A stretch of DNA of 32,000 nucleotides from Candidatus Saccharimonadota bacterium (GCA_022843095.1 JALHOH010000002.1:466881-498880); one strand, 5' to 3'. Counted from the first letter of the stretch, positions 8,857-17,963 are shown. Notes: generated by a model not told the origin, from the sequence alone. Numbers and translations: made by a program.

Positions 8857-10995
8857 ATGCCAGACTCCCTCCAGTACCGCCTTGCAGAAATAGAGGTCAC
8901 CGCCTCTATCGCTGATGAAAAAATCATCGGCCTCTTTCGATACGATGCGGGCGATAAATCAAAGCTCGCCGGAAAAAAAGCCCCGACCCTCGTCATTATC
9001 GCGGAGATCGCTTCAACGCTGTATCTCTACGAACAGCTGTTAGACACGATCAACGAAACGGCAGAACAGGTGCGTCTGCTCACGACCGGTGTGGACACCG
9101 ATCCCATGACCCGGTTTGAAAAACTGGTCACCCGCTTGAATGAAGCGGTCCAGCGGTTTTCGGAAAAAGAACCCACGCCGATCGCTTGGAACCGCGTAAA
9201 CATCTTTGTTCTGGAGCTCTCTGAAGGCGGCCAGCTTTGCCTTTCCGGCATCGGACGCCTGTGCAATATCTTTTTGCAAAAACAGGCGGATGGCACGACA
9301 AAAATGTTCGATTTGTTTGGTTCGCTGGAACAGCCCGCAGAGCCAGATCCAAAAAAGCCGTTCTCCTCGTTTATTTGCGGAGACATGAAAGAAGGTGATC
9401 TTTTGTTTGCTGGGACCATGAACTTTGAGCGGTACCGGAACGAACTCGCCATCGCAAATACCCTCAAAAGCACCCCTCCCGTTGCCGCCGCACAAGAGAT
9501 CTCCAAAGAACTTGAACGAAAAGGCGTGCAAGATGATTTTGCCGGGATCATCATTTCCTGTACCGCCGCCCAAGCGATCCCTGCCCCGACCGTCATCGCA
9601 ACAGAACCGGAAACGCTTTCGGTCAAAAAAAGCACGGCATCCGTAGAAAAACTCTACGAAGAAGAGCGCGCCGCAGAAACCATGCTGGGCCCCGCCCTTT
9701 CGCCCACCGCAGTTCATCCTGCAGGAAAACCTCTGGCCTCGCTCACAGAACGCGCAAAAACATGGGTGCAAGACCTTAAAGCCCAACGCGCGATGCAGCA
9801 GTCGCGGCCGGCAACCAAAGGCCGAGCAGACGACATCGCCATCAACAGCATGCGCGGGATGCATGCAGGCGCAGGATTTGCCCTGACTCTCAAACACAAA
9901 CTCCTGATTGGCGTGGGTGTAGTGGTTGTTGTCGCAGCCCTTGGCGGGACGTGGTGGTATCGATCCGCACAAAAAGCGGCAGAAGCACAGGCAGCGTGGA
10001 ATGTAATTTTTGATCAAGCACAGGACAAAAAGAACCGTTCCGATGCGAGTGCTGTGTATGGGAACGAAGATCAGGCACGCAAACTCCTCCAAGAAGCCGA
10101 ATCGCTGCTAAACGGGCTGGACGGCTCCACTCCTGATCGCGCAACCTCCAAGCAAACGCTCTTGGGAGAAATCGCAGAAATGAAGACAAAATTGCGCCGC
10201 GAGGTGCGCATTGAGGCACCAGAACAGCTGGTTGCGCTCCCCATGAATGCGCCTGCCGGGTCACTGCAGCAGCTCGCGCTCTTCAAAGGAAACCTCTACG
10301 CCGTGGATGGGCCGGGACTCTCGGTAATGCAAGTAAACCCCACGACCAAGGAACAGAAAAAATTCTCGCTGTCCCCGGAACAGGTCCCTGCCGTTGGACT
10401 TGCCGCTGGAACTGATTCGCTCATTCTCGCAACCGCGGGGAACACCTGGGCCTCCATTTCACCCAGTGGGAATACCGTAAAACCACTTACCATTTCCGCA
10501 GCGAAATCCTCTGGTACACGCGGGATCGCCATCTATAACCGGCGACCTTACACCCTGGATCCAGACGCAAATCAAGTCTGGCGTTGGACAGCGGCAAGCG
10601 GTGGCTACGGAGGGGAAACGGGGTACATTAAACAGCTCAGCACTTCTCTTGGTAACGCGGTTGGCATCGCCATCGACGCCAACATTTACGTCGCATTGCA
10701 AGATGGTCGCGTTATCCGCTACTACCAAGGCAATGAAGACCCATGGTCCCTTGGCGCAGCAGATCCGCCGGTAACCAACATTCACGATGTCTGGACCGCG
10801 GCCGATCTCGATCGAGTCGTCGTCACCGATCAAGCCGGTAAGCGCATCCTCGTGTATCGCAAACAGGATGGACGCCTGGTCGCACAACTCACCTCCCCTG
10901 TCCTCGAAGGACCAACACGCGTCACGGGCGACGCCACGACCAAAAAACTCTACGTGATCGACGGCAACAAAATCCTGGGATTCGATCTTCCATAA
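8857..10995 (+). CDS. Bitopic membrane protein: cytoplasmic N-terminal domain, one TM helix, extracytoplasmic beta-propeller-like repeats
   Basis: TM helix LLIGVGVVVVVAALGGTWWY. The C-terminus has repeated strand-like blocks (NLYAVDGPG, PYTLDPDANQVWRW, NIYVALQDGRVIRYY, RVVVTDQAGKRILVY, KLYVIDGNKILGF). Start moved to the ATG at 8857 (MPDSLQYRL). No family was recognised for the N-terminal domain. Confidence 0.65.
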   Translation: MPDSLQYRLAEIEVTASIADEKIIGLFRYDAGDKSKLAGKKAPTLVIIAEIASTLYLYEQLLDTINETAEQVRLLTTGVDTDPMTRFEKLVTRLNEAVQRFSEKEPTPIAWNRVNIFVLELSEGGQLCLSGIGRLCNIFLQKQADGTTKMFDLFGSLEQPAEPDPKKPFSSFICGDMKEGDLLFAGTMNFERYRNELAIANTLKSTPPVAAAQEISKELERKGVQDDFAGIIISCTAAQAIPAPTVIATEPETLSVKKSTASVEKLYEEERAAETMLGPALSPTAVHPAGKPLASLTERAKTWVQDLKAQRAMQQSRPATKGRADDIAINSMRGMHAGAGFALTLKHKLLIGVGVVVVVAALGGTWWYRSAQKAAEAQAAWNVIFDQAQDKKNRSDASAVYGNEDQARKLLQEAESLLNGLDGSTPDRATSKQTLLGEIAEMKTKLRREVRIEAPEQLVALPMNAPAGSLQQLALFKGNLYAVDGPGLSVMQVNPTTKEQKKFSLSPEQVPAVGLAAGTDSLILATAGNTWASISPSGNTVKPLTISAAKSSGTRGIAIYNRRPYTLDPDANQVWRWTAASGGYGGETGYIKQLSTSLGNAVGIAIDANIYVALQDGRVIRYYQGNEDPWSLGAADPPVTNIHDVWTAADLDRVVVTDQAGKRILVYRKQDGRLVAQLTSPVLEGPTRVTGDATTKKLYVIDGNKILGFDLP

Positions 10996-11003
10996 GGCAC
11001 CCG

Positions 11004-11034
11004 ATAAACCGGATACCATGCGTATCCGGTTTAT
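11004..11034 (+). terminator. Hairpin terminator candidate after the 8857-10995 gene
   Basis: Perfect 13-bp inverted repeat ATAAACCGGATAC / GTATCCGGTTTAT with a 5-nt loop, starting 9 nt after the stop. There is only a short T-tract. Confidence 0.5.
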
Positions 11035-11052
11035 GATATCGTTACGTCATCT

Positions 11053-11829
11053 ATGTCCCCCCAACGTCAATCCAACGCCCTTGGCTGGTCCGTGTTCGCA
11101 ATGATTACCATCATCTGTGCGGCCATTGTCGTAAACGCCTGGGTGGATACAAAGCTCACAAAACTCCTGAGTCGCATCGAAAACGATCGCGGGATCGCCG
11201 ACACCCAGCTCGTTGATCTGCAAGAGCGTGTCAAAAGTGACAACGAACAAGAAACTCAAAAACAACAAAAACCACCCGTAACTCTGATCCCCAAAGGCTT
11301 GCCGCGTATTCTCCTCACGGATGCCTGGCTCGAGCATGCCGGCAGCGCCTTTTCGCAAGACACGATCGACCGACTCCCTCGTGCGAACGTCACTACTACG
11401 GTGGCGCAACGTGACTGGGGGATCTCGTTCGATATCCCATTTCATCTGGATTGGAAAACCGAGCAATTTGAGTTCCTTCCGTACAATGGGATCAATGGAA
11501 GCATGGAACGAGGCATTACGTTTGGACACCCCTCTCTCTATTGCATGAATACCTGCATGATCCGACGTGCGCTTTCCTTAGAAGTTGCCGCTCCGACCAC
11601 CGCTTCGGCCCGCATGAAGTCCCTCCAATCCGATCCGCTCAACCTGAATCCAACGACCTCGCGGATCCCGGGCGGAACCCTCATTCGTTACAATGCGCCC
11701 GGCATGTGCGACGATATCGCCGCAGAAATCATCACCACGAAGCAGCGCTTCACATTCGCTACTGTCTGCGGAACGGATCAAGACAAGAAAGATCTCGAGG
11801 CCGTCATCAAAAGCATTCGCCTAGAATAA
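11053..11829 (+). CDS. Hypothetical N-terminally membrane-anchored protein
   Basis: 258-aa ORF with N-terminal TM/signal-anchor WSVFAMITIICAAIVVNAWV. No family was recognised. Confidence 0.6.
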   Translation: MSPQRQSNALGWSVFAMITIICAAIVVNAWVDTKLTKLLSRIENDRGIADTQLVDLQERVKSDNEQETQKQQKPPVTLIPKGLPRILLTDAWLEHAGSAFSQDTIDRLPRANVTTTVAQRDWGISFDIPFHLDWKTEQFEFLPYNGINGSMERGITFGHPSLYCMNTCMIRRALSLEVAAPTTASARMKSLQSDPLNLNPTTSRIPGGTLIRYNAPGMCDDIAAEIITTKQRFTFATVCGTDQDKKDLEAVIKSIRLE

Positions 11830-11833
11830 CAAA

Positions 11834-11859
11834 ACACCCCCGCCATCGGGGGTGTTTTT
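11834..11859. terminator. Bidirectional rho-independent terminator between convergent genes
   Basis: ACACCCCCG-CCAT-CGGGGGTGT followed by TTTTT on the plus strand. An A-run precedes it, which becomes a T-run on the minus strand, so it also serves rplL. Confidence 0.8.
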
Positions 11860-11872
11860 GGATGCATCCTGG

Positions 11873-12262
11873 TTACTTCAAGTTCACCTTCGCACCCGCT
11901 TCTTCGAGCTTCTTCTTCATGTCTTCGGCTTCGGCCTTGGCAACGCCTTCCTTCACGACCTTCGGCGCGGCGTCGACAATGTCCTTAGCTTCCTTCAAGC
12001 CCAACCCCGTGATTTCGCGGACCACCTTGATCACCGCGATCTTGTTTCCACCGGCTTCGGCGATTTCGACGTTGAACGAGGACTTTTCTTCCGCGGCAGC
12101 GGCAGGACCCGCGGCCATCATGACCGGCGCGGCAGCGCTCACCCCGTACTTCTCTTCCAACAATTTCACCACTTCGGCGAGTTCGACGACCGTGAGCTTA
12201 TCGATGGCCGCCACGAGATCCGCGTACTTTGCCGGGATCTCCACGTTGTTCACTTCGGACAT
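11873..12262 (-). CDS. rplL: 50S ribosomal protein L7/L12
   Basis: [46 protein letters not shown]...[49 protein letters not shown] is canonical L7/L12. Confidence 0.97.
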   Translation of the reverse strand: MSEVNNVEIPAKYADLVAAIDKLTVVELAEVVKLLEEKYGVSAAAPVMMAAGPAAAAEEKSSFNVEIAEAGGNKIAVIKVVREITGLGLKEAKDIVDAAPKVVKEGVAKAEAEDMKKKLEEAGAKVNLK

Positions 12263-12284
12263 AGCAATGCAATAAACAATGGAA

Positions 12285-12785
12285 TTACGCTGTAGTCGCG
12301 CCTTCGGCCTTTTCGCGCTTTGCATTCAGCAAGCGTGCGAGAGCCGCGGTCGGACCATTCATCACGGACAAAAGCTGCCCCAGGAGTTCGTTCTTCGACG
12401 GGAGCTTCGAGAGCGCCACCGCATAGGCCGCATCCACGACCTTGCCGTCAAAAATCCCTCCCACGAGCTTGATCGGCTGATTCTTTCCAGCATCACCGAT
12501 CATCTTCACGCCGGCCATCTCCTCTTCCATGGCGAAGGCGACACCGACCATCCCAGGAAACTCCTTGAAGTTCACGTCGAGGCCAGCTTCCTTCGCGGCG
12601 AGCGAGAGCAACGTCTTTTTCGCCACGATGTACTGCACCTTCCCACCCGTGAGCTTCTTGCGAAGATCCGTCAGGCCGGACACCTTCATCCCCTGGTAGT
12701 CGGAAAATGTGACCGACTTCGCGCCCTTAAACGCCTGGGAAATCTCCGCAAGCGCTTCGGACTTTTGGGAACGTGTCTTAGGCAT
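12285..12785 (-). CDS. rplJ: 50S ribosomal protein L10
   Basis: [45 protein letters not shown]... is L10-like, and the gene lies immediately upstream of rplL. Start at the internal Met (12785). Confidence 0.92.
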   Translation of the reverse strand: MPKTRSQKSEALAEISQAFKGAKSVTFSDYQGMKVSGLTDLRKKLTGGKVQYIVAKKTLLSLAAKEAGLDVNFKEFPGMVGVAFAMEEEMAGVKMIGDAGKNQPIKLVGGIFDGKVVDAAYAVALSKLPSKNELLGQLLSVMNGPTAALARLLNAKREKAEGATTA

Positions 12786-12946
12786 AGATAATTGAGAACA
12801 AAAACCGCAGGAGTGCGTCCTGCGGATTTCTCGCGTCTCGCCAAGAAGGCGACGACGTAGATTTCCTCGGCAAGGCGGGCTTACAAAAGCCACGTTTGAG
12901 CGGTTGCCCTTGCTGTCTCAGGACCCATGCGTTTTGTTCGCCGAGT
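12786..12946 (-). promoter_or_regulatory. rplJ 5' leader with a terminator-like attenuator hairpin (L10-leader-like)
   Basis: In the minus sense, CCGCAGGA-CGCAC-TCCTGCGG (12825..12805) is followed by TTTTTGTT (12804..12797), only about 11 nt before the rplJ ATG. The leader from the putative promoter is about 160 nt. Confidence 0.5.
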
Positions 12947-12975
12947 ACCTTACGAAACAAAGGCGGTGACGTCAA
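12947..12975 (-). promoter_or_regulatory. Candidate promoter TTGACG-N17-TAAGGT for rplJL
   Basis: TTGACG at 12975..12970 and TAAGGT at 12952..12947. The same hexamer pair and spacing recur upstream of the MetK-like gene. Confidence 0.4.
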
Positions 12976-12985
12976 GTCTGACCTC

Positions 12986-13672
12986 TCATCCTATGATAAT
13001 GGTGCCCGTAAACGACTGCCCGGCGATCGCTCGACGCATCGCCTCGAGATCCTTGCCGCTCACCATGCGCACCTCTATTCCATGGCGATGCGCGTATTTA
13101 GCCGCGACCGGATCAAACGGGACATTTGCTCCCGGATCCCACACTTCCCCCACAATCTCGCGGAATTGGCGCCAAGACATCCGCGTGAACGGAACGGCGT
13201 CCGCATGGGTGTGCGGATCACGATCAAAGACCTGCGCCACGTTCGACACGTTAATCACGGTCTGTGCCTGAACCTTTTTTGCCATCCGTACCGCGATATC
13301 ATCCGTTGAACGACCGGGCCGCCAACCCGCCGCCAACAACACCGGCTCCTTCCAAGCGCGAATGGCACGCATCGGATTCTTCACGACGACCGGATGCGCC
13401 ACGTCCCGAAACACCGTTCGCAGCAGATGCGCGTTCAGTCGCGTCGCGTGAATCCCCAACCAATCTCGATCGTCATCCGTGACGTCCAACACCCGTGCGG
13501 CGGCCCGCATATACTGGCGCGCCGTCATCCCACCTCCAACCGTCAGCACAAATCGACGCCCGCGCTTGATCTCCTGAAGCAGGATCTTACGAAAATCCGC
13601 AAGGAAATTGGTATCAATCCCCTGTTCCGTGACAATCAATGACCCGCCGACGGAAATGACACATGGCTGCAT
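12986..13672 (-). CDS. pyrH: Amino-acid-kinase family protein, archaeal-type UMP kinase-like
   Basis: ISVGGSLIV...LTVGGGMTARQYM...WLGIHATRLNAHLL...HPVVV...PGRSTDDIAV...INVSNVAQVFDRDP...FDPVAAKYA...GKDLEAM...FTGTII follows the block order of archaeal PyrH as I recall it. Confidence 0.7.
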   Translation of the reverse strand: MQPCVISVGGSLIVTEQGIDTNFLADFRKILLQEIKRGRRFVLTVGGGMTARQYMRAAARVLDVTDDDRDWLGIHATRLNAHLLRTVFRDVAHPVVVKNPMRAIRAWKEPVLLAAGWRPGRSTDDIAVRMAKKVQAQTVINVSNVAQVFDRDPHTHADAVPFTRMSWRQFREIVGEVWDPGANVPFDPVAAKYAHRHGIEVRMVSGKDLEAMRRAIAGQSFTGTIIIG

Positions 13673-13687
13673 ACAAAAAAGAACGGA

Positions 13688-14038
13688 TCACTTGATCCGT
13701 TCTGCGAGTAATGCGTTAGAAGCCCACGACACGATCCAGAACACGAGCGCCCCCCAAAATGCCGCGGAAAAACCGCGCACCTCAAACCCCGGCACAAGCC
13801 AGGCGGCGAGCCAAAACATGAGGGCATTGATCACGAGGGTAAAAAATCCGAGCGTAAGGATCGTGATGGGAAGCGAAAGAAGTTCGAGCAATGGTCGAAC
13901 CAACGCATTCACAAACCCAAGGACGATCGCTGCGACAAACGCCATGGGAAAGCTCGCGACGCTTACCCCTGGAACCAATTTCGTGACGATAATCACGGCA
14001 AGCGCATTCAAAAAAAGACGAAATAAGAGATGCATCAT
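13688..14038 (-). CDS. DUF360 / phage-holin-4-like small membrane protein (YvlD-like)
   Basis: 116 aa with four hydrophobic helices. LNALAVIIVTKLVPGVSV...LGFFTLVINALMFWLAAWLVPGFEV is typical of this family. Its ATG overlaps the xseB stop. Confidence 0.7.
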   Translation of the reverse strand: MMHLLFRLFLNALAVIIVTKLVPGVSVASFPMAFVAAIVLGFVNALVRPLLELLSLPITILTLGFFTLVINALMFWLAAWLVPGFEVRGFSAAFWGALVFWIVSWASNALLAERIK

Positions 14039-14244
14039 AGTGATGTTGATTCACGACCGCGGATCTCGCGGACCGTATTTTCTGCCTCGACCAGGCGCTC
14101 CTTCAAGGCGGAAGAAAGCTCCATCGCGCGTTCAAACTTGGCAAGCCCGGCATCCAAATCCGGGTCGCCTTTTTCAAACCAGGCCGCGATCTCTTCGAGC
14201 TCGGCGAACGCCTTCCCCACATCCATCTCCTTCTTTTTTGCCAT
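14035..14244 (-). CDS. xseB: Exodeoxyribonuclease VII small subunit
   Basis: MAKKKEMDVGKAFAELEEIAAWFEKGDPDLDAGLAKFERAMELSSALKERL matches the XseB pattern, and the gene follows xseA. Confidence 0.85.
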   Translation of the reverse strand: MAKKKEMDVGKAFAELEEIAAWFEKGDPDLDAGLAKFERAMELSSALKERLVEAENTVREIRGRESTSL

Positions 14245-14270
14245 AAAGAAACAATACCGCGAAGAACGCA

Positions 14271-15479
14271 TTACAACAACCGCGCCTGTTCGGCCGGGGT
14301 CGATCCCCCGAGCACCGCAGCATCCACCTGCCCATCCTGGAACTCCACGACAAGTCCGGACCCTGGTTTTAGCCCCGCAGCGTGCGTAATCGGTGTTCCA
14401 TACGGGGAACGCACCAGCGCATATCCGCGCCGCAGCACCGCCCGCGGATCCACGCTCGCAAGCAGTCGCTCCACCCCTTCTACCCGAAGTCGCAACGTCT
14501 CAAGCCAACGCGTTCCTGACGTCTGAACACGCGAGGTATTCGTCTGGACCGTCATGCGTACCGCGTTGATCCAATAGTCTGCCCCAACCAACGCGCGATC
14601 CATCTGACGTCGCATCCGTTCCACCATGACGGAAAGCGCATCCGCAATCCCATCCGAGGTGGATGCGACCTGAAACAGCACCTCACGACGATCTGGTACC
14701 AAACGACGAGCACAATCGGTCGGCGTCGATCCACGGACATCCGCAACCTCTTCCGCGAGCGTCACATCTCGTTCATGCCCGATCCCCACCAGTGTTGGGG
14801 TTTTGCAAGCAAAAATCGCGCGCACCACCGATTCGTCATTAAACGCCATCAGTTCCTCCATAGACCCCCCTCCGCGCGTCACCACGACCACGTCATATCC
14901 AGGCGTCTGGTTGATGCGGTCCAGGGCGGAAACGATCGCGCGAGGCGCATCTGCCCCCTGAACCGCGACGTGGTACACATCGATATCTAAGCCACCCCAA
15001 CGTTCACCCAAGATGCGTAAAAAATCTCCGTAGGCCGCGCTTTCTTTGGAGGCAACCAAGGCGATCCGTCCGGGAAACAAAGGCAGTGCACGCTTCCGCG
15101 CCGCATCAAACATCCCTTCCGCTTCCAATTTGGCACGCAACATCGCCAACGCTTTTTTGAGCGCCCCCTCCCCAACCAATTCCACCCGGTCGGCGGAAAA
15201 CGAAAATTTCCCAAACTTAGGATACACCCGCGGCGTCCCGTACAAACGCACGCGGACGCCATCCGCAAGCGGGAGCCCGGCGACCTTTTGCGCCACCATA
15301 AACACCGACACTAACGCCCCTTCATCTTTTACATCAAAATTTACCCACTGCCCTTGGGAAATACGAAAACTCGTGATCTCTCCTTCCAGACACGCCGCCG
15401 CCGGATCCCAGATCGCTTTGAACGTGTCGTTCAGATACGCAACGAATTGCGTGACATTCAGCACGTGCATGGTGGTCAC
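14271..15479 (-). CDS. xseA: Exodeoxyribonuclease VII large subunit
   Basis: 402 aa. N-terminal OB-fold region (LNVTQFVAYLNDTFKAIWDPAAACLEGEITSFRISQGQWVNFDVKDE), then IALVASKESAAYGDFL and VVVVTRGGGSMEELMAFNDE. The true start may be the ATG at 15470. Confidence 0.9.
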   Translation of the reverse strand: MTTMHVLNVTQFVAYLNDTFKAIWDPAAACLEGEITSFRISQGQWVNFDVKDEGALVSVFMVAQKVAGLPLADGVRVRLYGTPRVYPKFGKFSFSADRVELVGEGALKKALAMLRAKLEAEGMFDAARKRALPLFPGRIALVASKESAAYGDFLRILGERWGGLDIDVYHVAVQGADAPRAIVSALDRINQTPGYDVVVVTRGGGSMEELMAFNDESVVRAIFACKTPTLVGIGHERDVTLAEEVADVRGSTPTDCARRLVPDRREVLFQVASTSDGIADALSVMVERMRRQMDRALVGADYWINAVRMTVQTNTSRVQTSGTRWLETLRLRVEGVERLLASVDPRAVLRRGYALVRSPYGTPITHAAGLKPGSGLVVEFQDGQVDAAVLGGSTPAEQARLL

Positions 15480-15488
15480 CCTATCACG

Positions 15489-16613
15489 TCATGGCGCTCG
15501 AGAAAACACGATCCGCCCCAAGGACACCGCCTCTCGCAGATCCGCATCACTCCGTTCCGCCAAGACCTGCAAACGCTGCAACCGTGAGGTGCCAAGATGC
15601 AACCGCGGCTGACTCGCCTCGATGCGCACAGGAAACAACTCAAACGCGGTAGAAGAGGCAAAAAACGACACGGCCACCCCAAGCCCCTCTTTGGTTTCGT
15701 CCGACCAATCCTGATCAAAAACAAAATTCCCCAGAGACCAGGCGACCGGAACCCCTTGAATCCGTGAGATCCCCTGCGCCCAATGCGGATGTGCACCGAT
15801 GATGGCGTCCACGCGCTGGGCCGCAAACCATGTCGCCAATTCACGCATCGCTACACTTGGTAGCGGTTGATATTCCTCCCCCCAATGCAGAAAGACCATC
15901 ACCCGATCAGCAGAACGCTTGGCGCGCGTAACCATTCGCGCCGCCTCTTCGCGATCCAGCGGATTGTCCGTCACGTTGAAGCCAAGAAACGCAATGGTCA
16001 TGCCCCGGACCGTTGTCGTCGCAAGCGCCACCTCGCCATCCCGCACCTGATCGCCAAAGGCCAAAAGTCCCGCCTCTCGCAACCGGGCCATCCCACGATC
16101 CGCCTCTTCGCGCCCCTGATCCAAACTATGGTTGTTCGCTTGCGAAACCGCATCTACACCAAGCGTACGCAAACGCGTTCCCCACGTCGGTTCAAACGCG
16201 AAGTCGATTTCTTTGTGCGGCGGAAGTCGCACATCCGAGAGCGGGCCTTCCAGATTCGCCACGGCTATATCAAAGGAATCAAACCAGCCGTCCGGCAATC
16301 GAGCAAATGGATACACCGGATTTCCAGAGGCACGCGTCCGATCTGCAACCAATCGATCCAGCATCACATCCCCCACGAACAACACCCTCGGCGGCTCCGG
16401 CGACACGATGCGCGTCTCCATCCCTTTCCCGGTCCAGCGCTGCAATACATTGGCGAGAAACGCGCGACGCTCCCCCAGATTCGCCTTCACCAAATACGTT
16501 TCGCCGCGAAATGTCTGCGTCCCAACCACCAACGCCCCCACGAGCGAAACGCCAAGCAAACACCCGACCAACACGGCTCGGGTCATGCGCGTCGAAAACG
16601 CCATGCGCCACAT
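15489..16613 (-). CDS. CapA-family (PGA_cap) metallophosphoesterase-like protein
   Basis: LFVGDVMLDR, ANLEGPLS, SQANNHSLDQG, VFLHWGEEY, IIGAHPHWAQGI and SLGNFVFDQ are CapA/YwtB-family blocks. There is an N-terminal TM anchor. Confidence 0.85.
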   Translation of the reverse strand: MWRMAFSTRMTRAVLVGCLLGVSLVGALVVGTQTFRGETYLVKANLGERRAFLANVLQRWTGKGMETRIVSPEPPRVLFVGDVMLDRLVADRTRASGNPVYPFARLPDGWFDSFDIAVANLEGPLSDVRLPPHKEIDFAFEPTWGTRLRTLGVDAVSQANNHSLDQGREEADRGMARLREAGLLAFGDQVRDGEVALATTTVRGMTIAFLGFNVTDNPLDREEAARMVTRAKRSADRVMVFLHWGEEYQPLPSVAMRELATWFAAQRVDAIIGAHPHWAQGISRIQGVPVAWSLGNFVFDQDWSDETKEGLGVAVSFFASSTAFELFPVRIEASQPRLHLGTSRLQRLQVLAERSDADLREAVSLGRIVFSRAP

Positions 16614-16638
16614 GGGACGAGTGTACCACGTAAATCAC

Positions 16639-17958
16639 CTACGGCTGGAGCGTTTCTTCGGGCGTCTTTCCTTCCACCTGAATCATCACCGATTTTACAC
16701 TTGGAAATTGCTTCAACGTCGCTTCAATTTGGGCCCGAATCGCCCCAACGCGGCAGGATCCCGCAATACCATTGTCTAGCTCGGAAGAAAACACGGCCTT
16801 CGCAACGCCATCCTTCAACGCAAAGGAGATCAATCGCACGCGCTCGGGTAATTGTGTTTGGACGGTATCTGAATCAATTTCAGAAGCATGCATTTCCAGC
16901 AAACGACGGAGCGACCCCTCGATCACGAGCGCGGTCTTTTGCATCTTTGTCGTCACCTTCACCGTTTTGGTGCAATCACCCGTTTTTGCCGCTTCCACAT
17001 CAGAAAGAAAGACCGACGTATTCACCTGTTCTTGCGGAAGGGAGACGGGAAGCGAGACATGATGGATCGCCGAACCATCCTTTGCGGAATATTCAAAGAA
17101 CTGCAATGTCCCTTGCTTGGGAAGTGGGCCTTGCAGATTGGGAAGGAATGCTCGAAGGGTAAAATCCCCCGGCTTCCCAACATCTGGTGCATTCGTCGTG
17201 AGAAACCCACTCGCAAGTGTGGCGCTTTGTTCTGGCGCCCCCAGCAACTGCCACTGAATCGTATTCTCAAACGCAATCGCCGACCCCTTCACCGTAAATG
17301 GATTGCCGAGCGTAGCGTTCTTTGCTGCTTCATCCACGCAGATGAAGTTCTGCGCATCGCAGATCATCCCGGCAGGTGTTGGTCGAACGGGCGTTGCGGA
17401 CACGGGCGGAGAGGCGACCGGCGCGTCTGGATTGGTGGATCCGCCGCCACACACGCCAACGCCTTTCGCATCTTTTGAACCACAGGTCAGCCCCTTTGGA
17501 CAGGTCCATGCAGACGCCCCTCCGCACAAACACTGCGGAACACACATCAAGATACAGGCCGTTCCCTCGGGCGCCCCATGACACGCGCTGCCACATTCCT
17601 CCCATTTCCCGCCCGCTGCCGTACACGCGCGCTCCAACGCTGCGTTATTCGGAACCGCGGGCTCACTCGTGCCACCCCCAATGGGCGCAACGCCGGACCC
17701 ATCAGACCCGCCAACGCTCCCGCTCCCTCCCCCGCCGACCGGCGGAAGCGGCATAGGTTCTGGCGAAGGCGAGGGTTGCAACGGACCCGGTGGCGGTGGA
17801 GGTAAATTTGGTCCCTGCGGAACATCGTTTCGAAGACGAAACAAAAAGACTAACCCCGCCACGGTCGCGAACACGGTCGCAAGCAGGAGTGCGATAGATA
17901 ATACTCGCGTTTGACCACTGCTCTGTTCGCGAGAAGACACGGAAGGAGTACGAGGCAT
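16639..17958 (-). CDS. Secreted/anchored protein with a Cys-rich module, an Ig-like (Gmad2-like) domain and a C-terminal GerMN-like domain
   Basis: N-terminal TM (VLSIALLLATVFATVAGLVFLF), a Pro/Gly-rich linker, a 12-Cys segment, FTVKGSAIAFENTIQWQLL (Gmad2-like), and a C-terminal GerMN-like segment ending VKSVMIQVEGKTPEETLQP. Confidence 0.65.
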   Translation of the reverse strand: MPRTPSVSSREQSSGQTRVLSIALLLATVFATVAGLVFLFRLRNDVPQGPNLPPPPPGPLQPSPSPEPMPLPPVGGGGSGSVGGSDGSGVAPIGGGTSEPAVPNNAALERACTAAGGKWEECGSACHGAPEGTACILMCVPQCLCGGASAWTCPKGLTCGSKDAKGVGVCGGGSTNPDAPVASPPVSATPVRPTPAGMICDAQNFICVDEAAKNATLGNPFTVKGSAIAFENTIQWQLLGAPEQSATLASGFLTTNAPDVGKPGDFTLRAFLPNLQGPLPKQGTLQFFEYSAKDGSAIHHVSLPVSLPQEQVNTSVFLSDVEAAKTGDCTKTVKVTTKMQKTALVIEGSLRRLLEMHASEIDSDTVQTQLPERVRLISFALKDGVAKAVFSSELDNGIAGSCRVGAIRAQIEATLKQFPSVKSVMIQVEGKTPEETLQP

Positions 17959-17963
17959 ACGGG

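Noticed and set aside
9040-10092. A 350-aa minus-strand ORF inside the 8857-10995 gene
   Set aside because: It is Cys/Arg/Phe-rich with no recognisable features. The plus-strand frame has normal composition, a TM helix and repeats.
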